64,000 nt of DNA from an uncultured virus (IMG/VR IMGVR_UViG_2061766007_000422) (Duplodnaviria; Heunggongvirae; Uroviricota; Caudoviricetes). Below the pieces are notes generated by a model, which saw only the letters and a list, made by a program, of their open reading frames with translations, ran no database searches and had not been told where the DNA came from. Where the stretch lies: the IMG/VR virus record IMGVR_UViG_2061766007_000422; one strand, written 5' to 3'. Position 1 is the stretch's first letter, and each line of letters starts with the position of its first letter. Of this stretch, positions 62,380 through 64,000 are shown piece by piece. Both the position numbers and the translations under genes were made by a program.

Positions 62380-63626
62380 CAATAGTTATTAACTGTAAGT
62401 TTTTTATCTTACACTCTAGAAATTTCTTTCATTTTCATCGGTTGGTCATTTCCAACCTAGTTTAGCATACATCTTCACCTTCGCCTTTATGCGTTAAGGG
62501 TGGACACTCGTGGGTGGATTATATTTATTCACCACCTATGCGTTACGCTACTAATTAACCTTTCGTAATTTAATTAGTTAGCTCGGTATTGCCTTGAATT
62601 TCCAAAAAATTAGAGTATTTTCTTTTTAAATAACAATCATTTTTTTCATCATAAAGATAATTACCTAATTTAACAATATCTTTTATTCCGCTCCACCCTA
62701 TTTGCCATAAATGTTCTTCTGGATGAAGTATTTTTACAGGATAAATATCTAAATGAGAAAGTAAATATTCACGAACATGAAGGACCATTTGTTCAGCCCC
62801 ACAAAAACCAATTTGATGACCTTTAGAAGAAATCCATCCATCACCATCAAATAGCCCTCTTATTAGGTGTGGCATATATTTTTCTTCTAAAATAGGTAAA
62901 TCAGCAATATAAGTTTTTTGTGGTATCATTCCATATTTACTTAAATCATTTTTCCATTGACCACATTTAACAGTTAGTGTTGCTTCAGGTTTGTCTTTAC
63001 GATAATAAATTTGATTTGCATTATTGGTATATTTAGCAAAAGTTTTTAATATTTCATCGTCTTTTGAACTTAATGATAATGCGATAGCATTGGAATTTAA
63101 ACCTACATTGCCATCTGTTAAAAGAAATCCTAAAAAATAGGCTTTATCATAAGAATCAATATTAGCAAAATAATCTATAATTAAGTTAGTATTTTTATAA
63201 CGATTATCGCGTGGTATATTATGTGCTTCTAAAATACTACTAATACTATGAAACGATACATTATAGTTATCTGCGATTTCTTGACAACTTTTGCCTAGTT
63301 GGTATTGTTGTATTATAATATCGTCTGGAAGTTTATAAATTCCACCTTTTGTGCGCTTTGGAATATTATATCTTTCTAATATATTTTTTACGGTAACTGG
63401 ACTTACTTGAAAATATTGTCCTGTCGCCGCCATAGAATTTCCTTTATTATAATACTCTATTATTTGTAATTCTGTTTCTTGAGATATTCTTTTCATAATC
63501 TCACCTCCACAGAATTTGTAATAAGATTATGTGAATACTTTACTATTTTGTTCTGGAAATTTTTAGGGTTCACCGATTTTGCCCAATTTTTTACTATAAA
63601 TTTCTTTATAGGGGAACCAATTGTTA
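62380..63626 (-). ncRNA. Group I intron in nrdD (1247 nt)
   Basis: Removal restores SRSGN|QLPF. 5' exon ends in U; P1 GGGAAU/GUUCCC; terminal G at 62380; P (AAUCGGUGAA), Q (AAUACCGAG), P7 GCAUA/UAUGC, S-like AAGAUGUAUGC. Confidence 0.92.
62570..63496 (-). CDS. Intron-encoded LAGLIDADG homing endonuclease with N-terminal HTH repeats
   Basis: AYFLGFLLTDG and HLIRGLFDGDG; RBS GGAGG. Confidence 0.9.
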   Translation of the reverse strand: MKRISQETELQIIEYYNKGNSMAATGQYFQVSPVTVKNILERYNIPKRTKGGIYKLPDDIIIQQYQLGKSCQEIADNYNVSFHSISSILEAHNIPRDNRYKNTNLIIDYFANIDSYDKAYFLGFLLTDGNVGLNSNAIALSLSSKDDEILKTFAKYTNNANQIYYRKDKPEATLTVKCGQWKNDLSKYGMIPQKTYIADLPILEEKYMPHLIRGLFDGDGWISSKGHQIGFCGAEQMVLHVREYLLSHLDIYPVKILHPEEHLWQIGWSGIKDIVKLGNYLYDEKNDCYLKRKYSNFLEIQGNTELTN

Positions 63627-64000
63627 ATTCCCTGACCTACTTTGTAGGGTATTAAGGTTGTGATACATACCCTCAACCGCCTGTTTAAGCTCACGCTTGG
63701 TCATATCCATTGCATATTCATATTCGAGAGTAACAGTACCATCTGCATTTTTATAATCTTCAATGGATACGTTTTCTGGCTTATCCTTTAAATGTAGATA
63801 ACGATAACCTTGTTTATCTTCATCAGTTGTAAGATCAAAACCTTGCAGATATTTTAATCCATCACGGTAATGTTTGTAAAAGCTCTTCCTCACATAGGGC
63901 ACCATTGTCCAGTCTAAATGCGTGGCGGCAACACCACCAAATTGCATAAGGGATTGAAGCTGGAATATAACAGCAACAAGCTGGAACGCCGTATTAATAC
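63627..64000 (-). CDS. nrdD: Class III ribonucleotide reductase, upstream exon (continues beyond window)
   Basis: QSLMQFGG..HLD..MVPYV..QAVEGMYHNLNTLQSRSGN. Confidence 0.92.

Noticed and set aside
1..64000. Stop-codon reassignment
   Set aside because: Long genes are intact under the standard bacterial code, and TAG and TGA end genes at sensible positions.
1..64000. tRNA or rRNA genes
   Set aside because: No cloverleaf or rRNA signature recognised by eye; tRNAscan-SE and Rfam were not run.

Overview
64 kb of a large, low-GC tailed (siphovirus-type) phage genome. SigA-type TTGACA-N17-TGnTATAAT promoters and strong AGGAGG ribosome-binding sites point to a Firmicutes host (inference). There are three parts. 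(i) 120-1475: an SF2 helicase. (ii) About 1.9-21.2 kb: an accessory array of roughly 55 small genes and several ORF-less transcription units, mostly on the minus strand and nearly all with their own consensus promoter (about 45 promoters). (iii) 21.5-56.7 kb: a virion module in SPbeta-like order (terminase, portal, protease/scaffold, capsid, head-tail, two tail-tube paralogues, a tape measure of about 4,400 aa, distal tail, hub, receptor-binding protein), converging on a minus-strand block (RuvC-like, dUTPase, GIY-YIG, nrdG, nrdD). nrdD is split by a group I intron carrying a LAGLIDADG endonuclease. The main discovery is in part ii. The array is punctuated by at least 23 copies of a geometrically strict 52-bp dyad site, GTTAA-N6-GTTAA-N8-CCGG-N8-TTAAC-N6-TTAAC, which I saw nowhere else in the window. 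Units between these sites look like self-contained cassettes: they occur in both orientations, are often paralogous, and include empty and small-RNA units. This suggests either a phage gene-cassette shuffling system or a dedicated multi-operator regulon. No recombinase is present in this window, so the mechanism remains inference. Five short N gaps break ORFs artificially.
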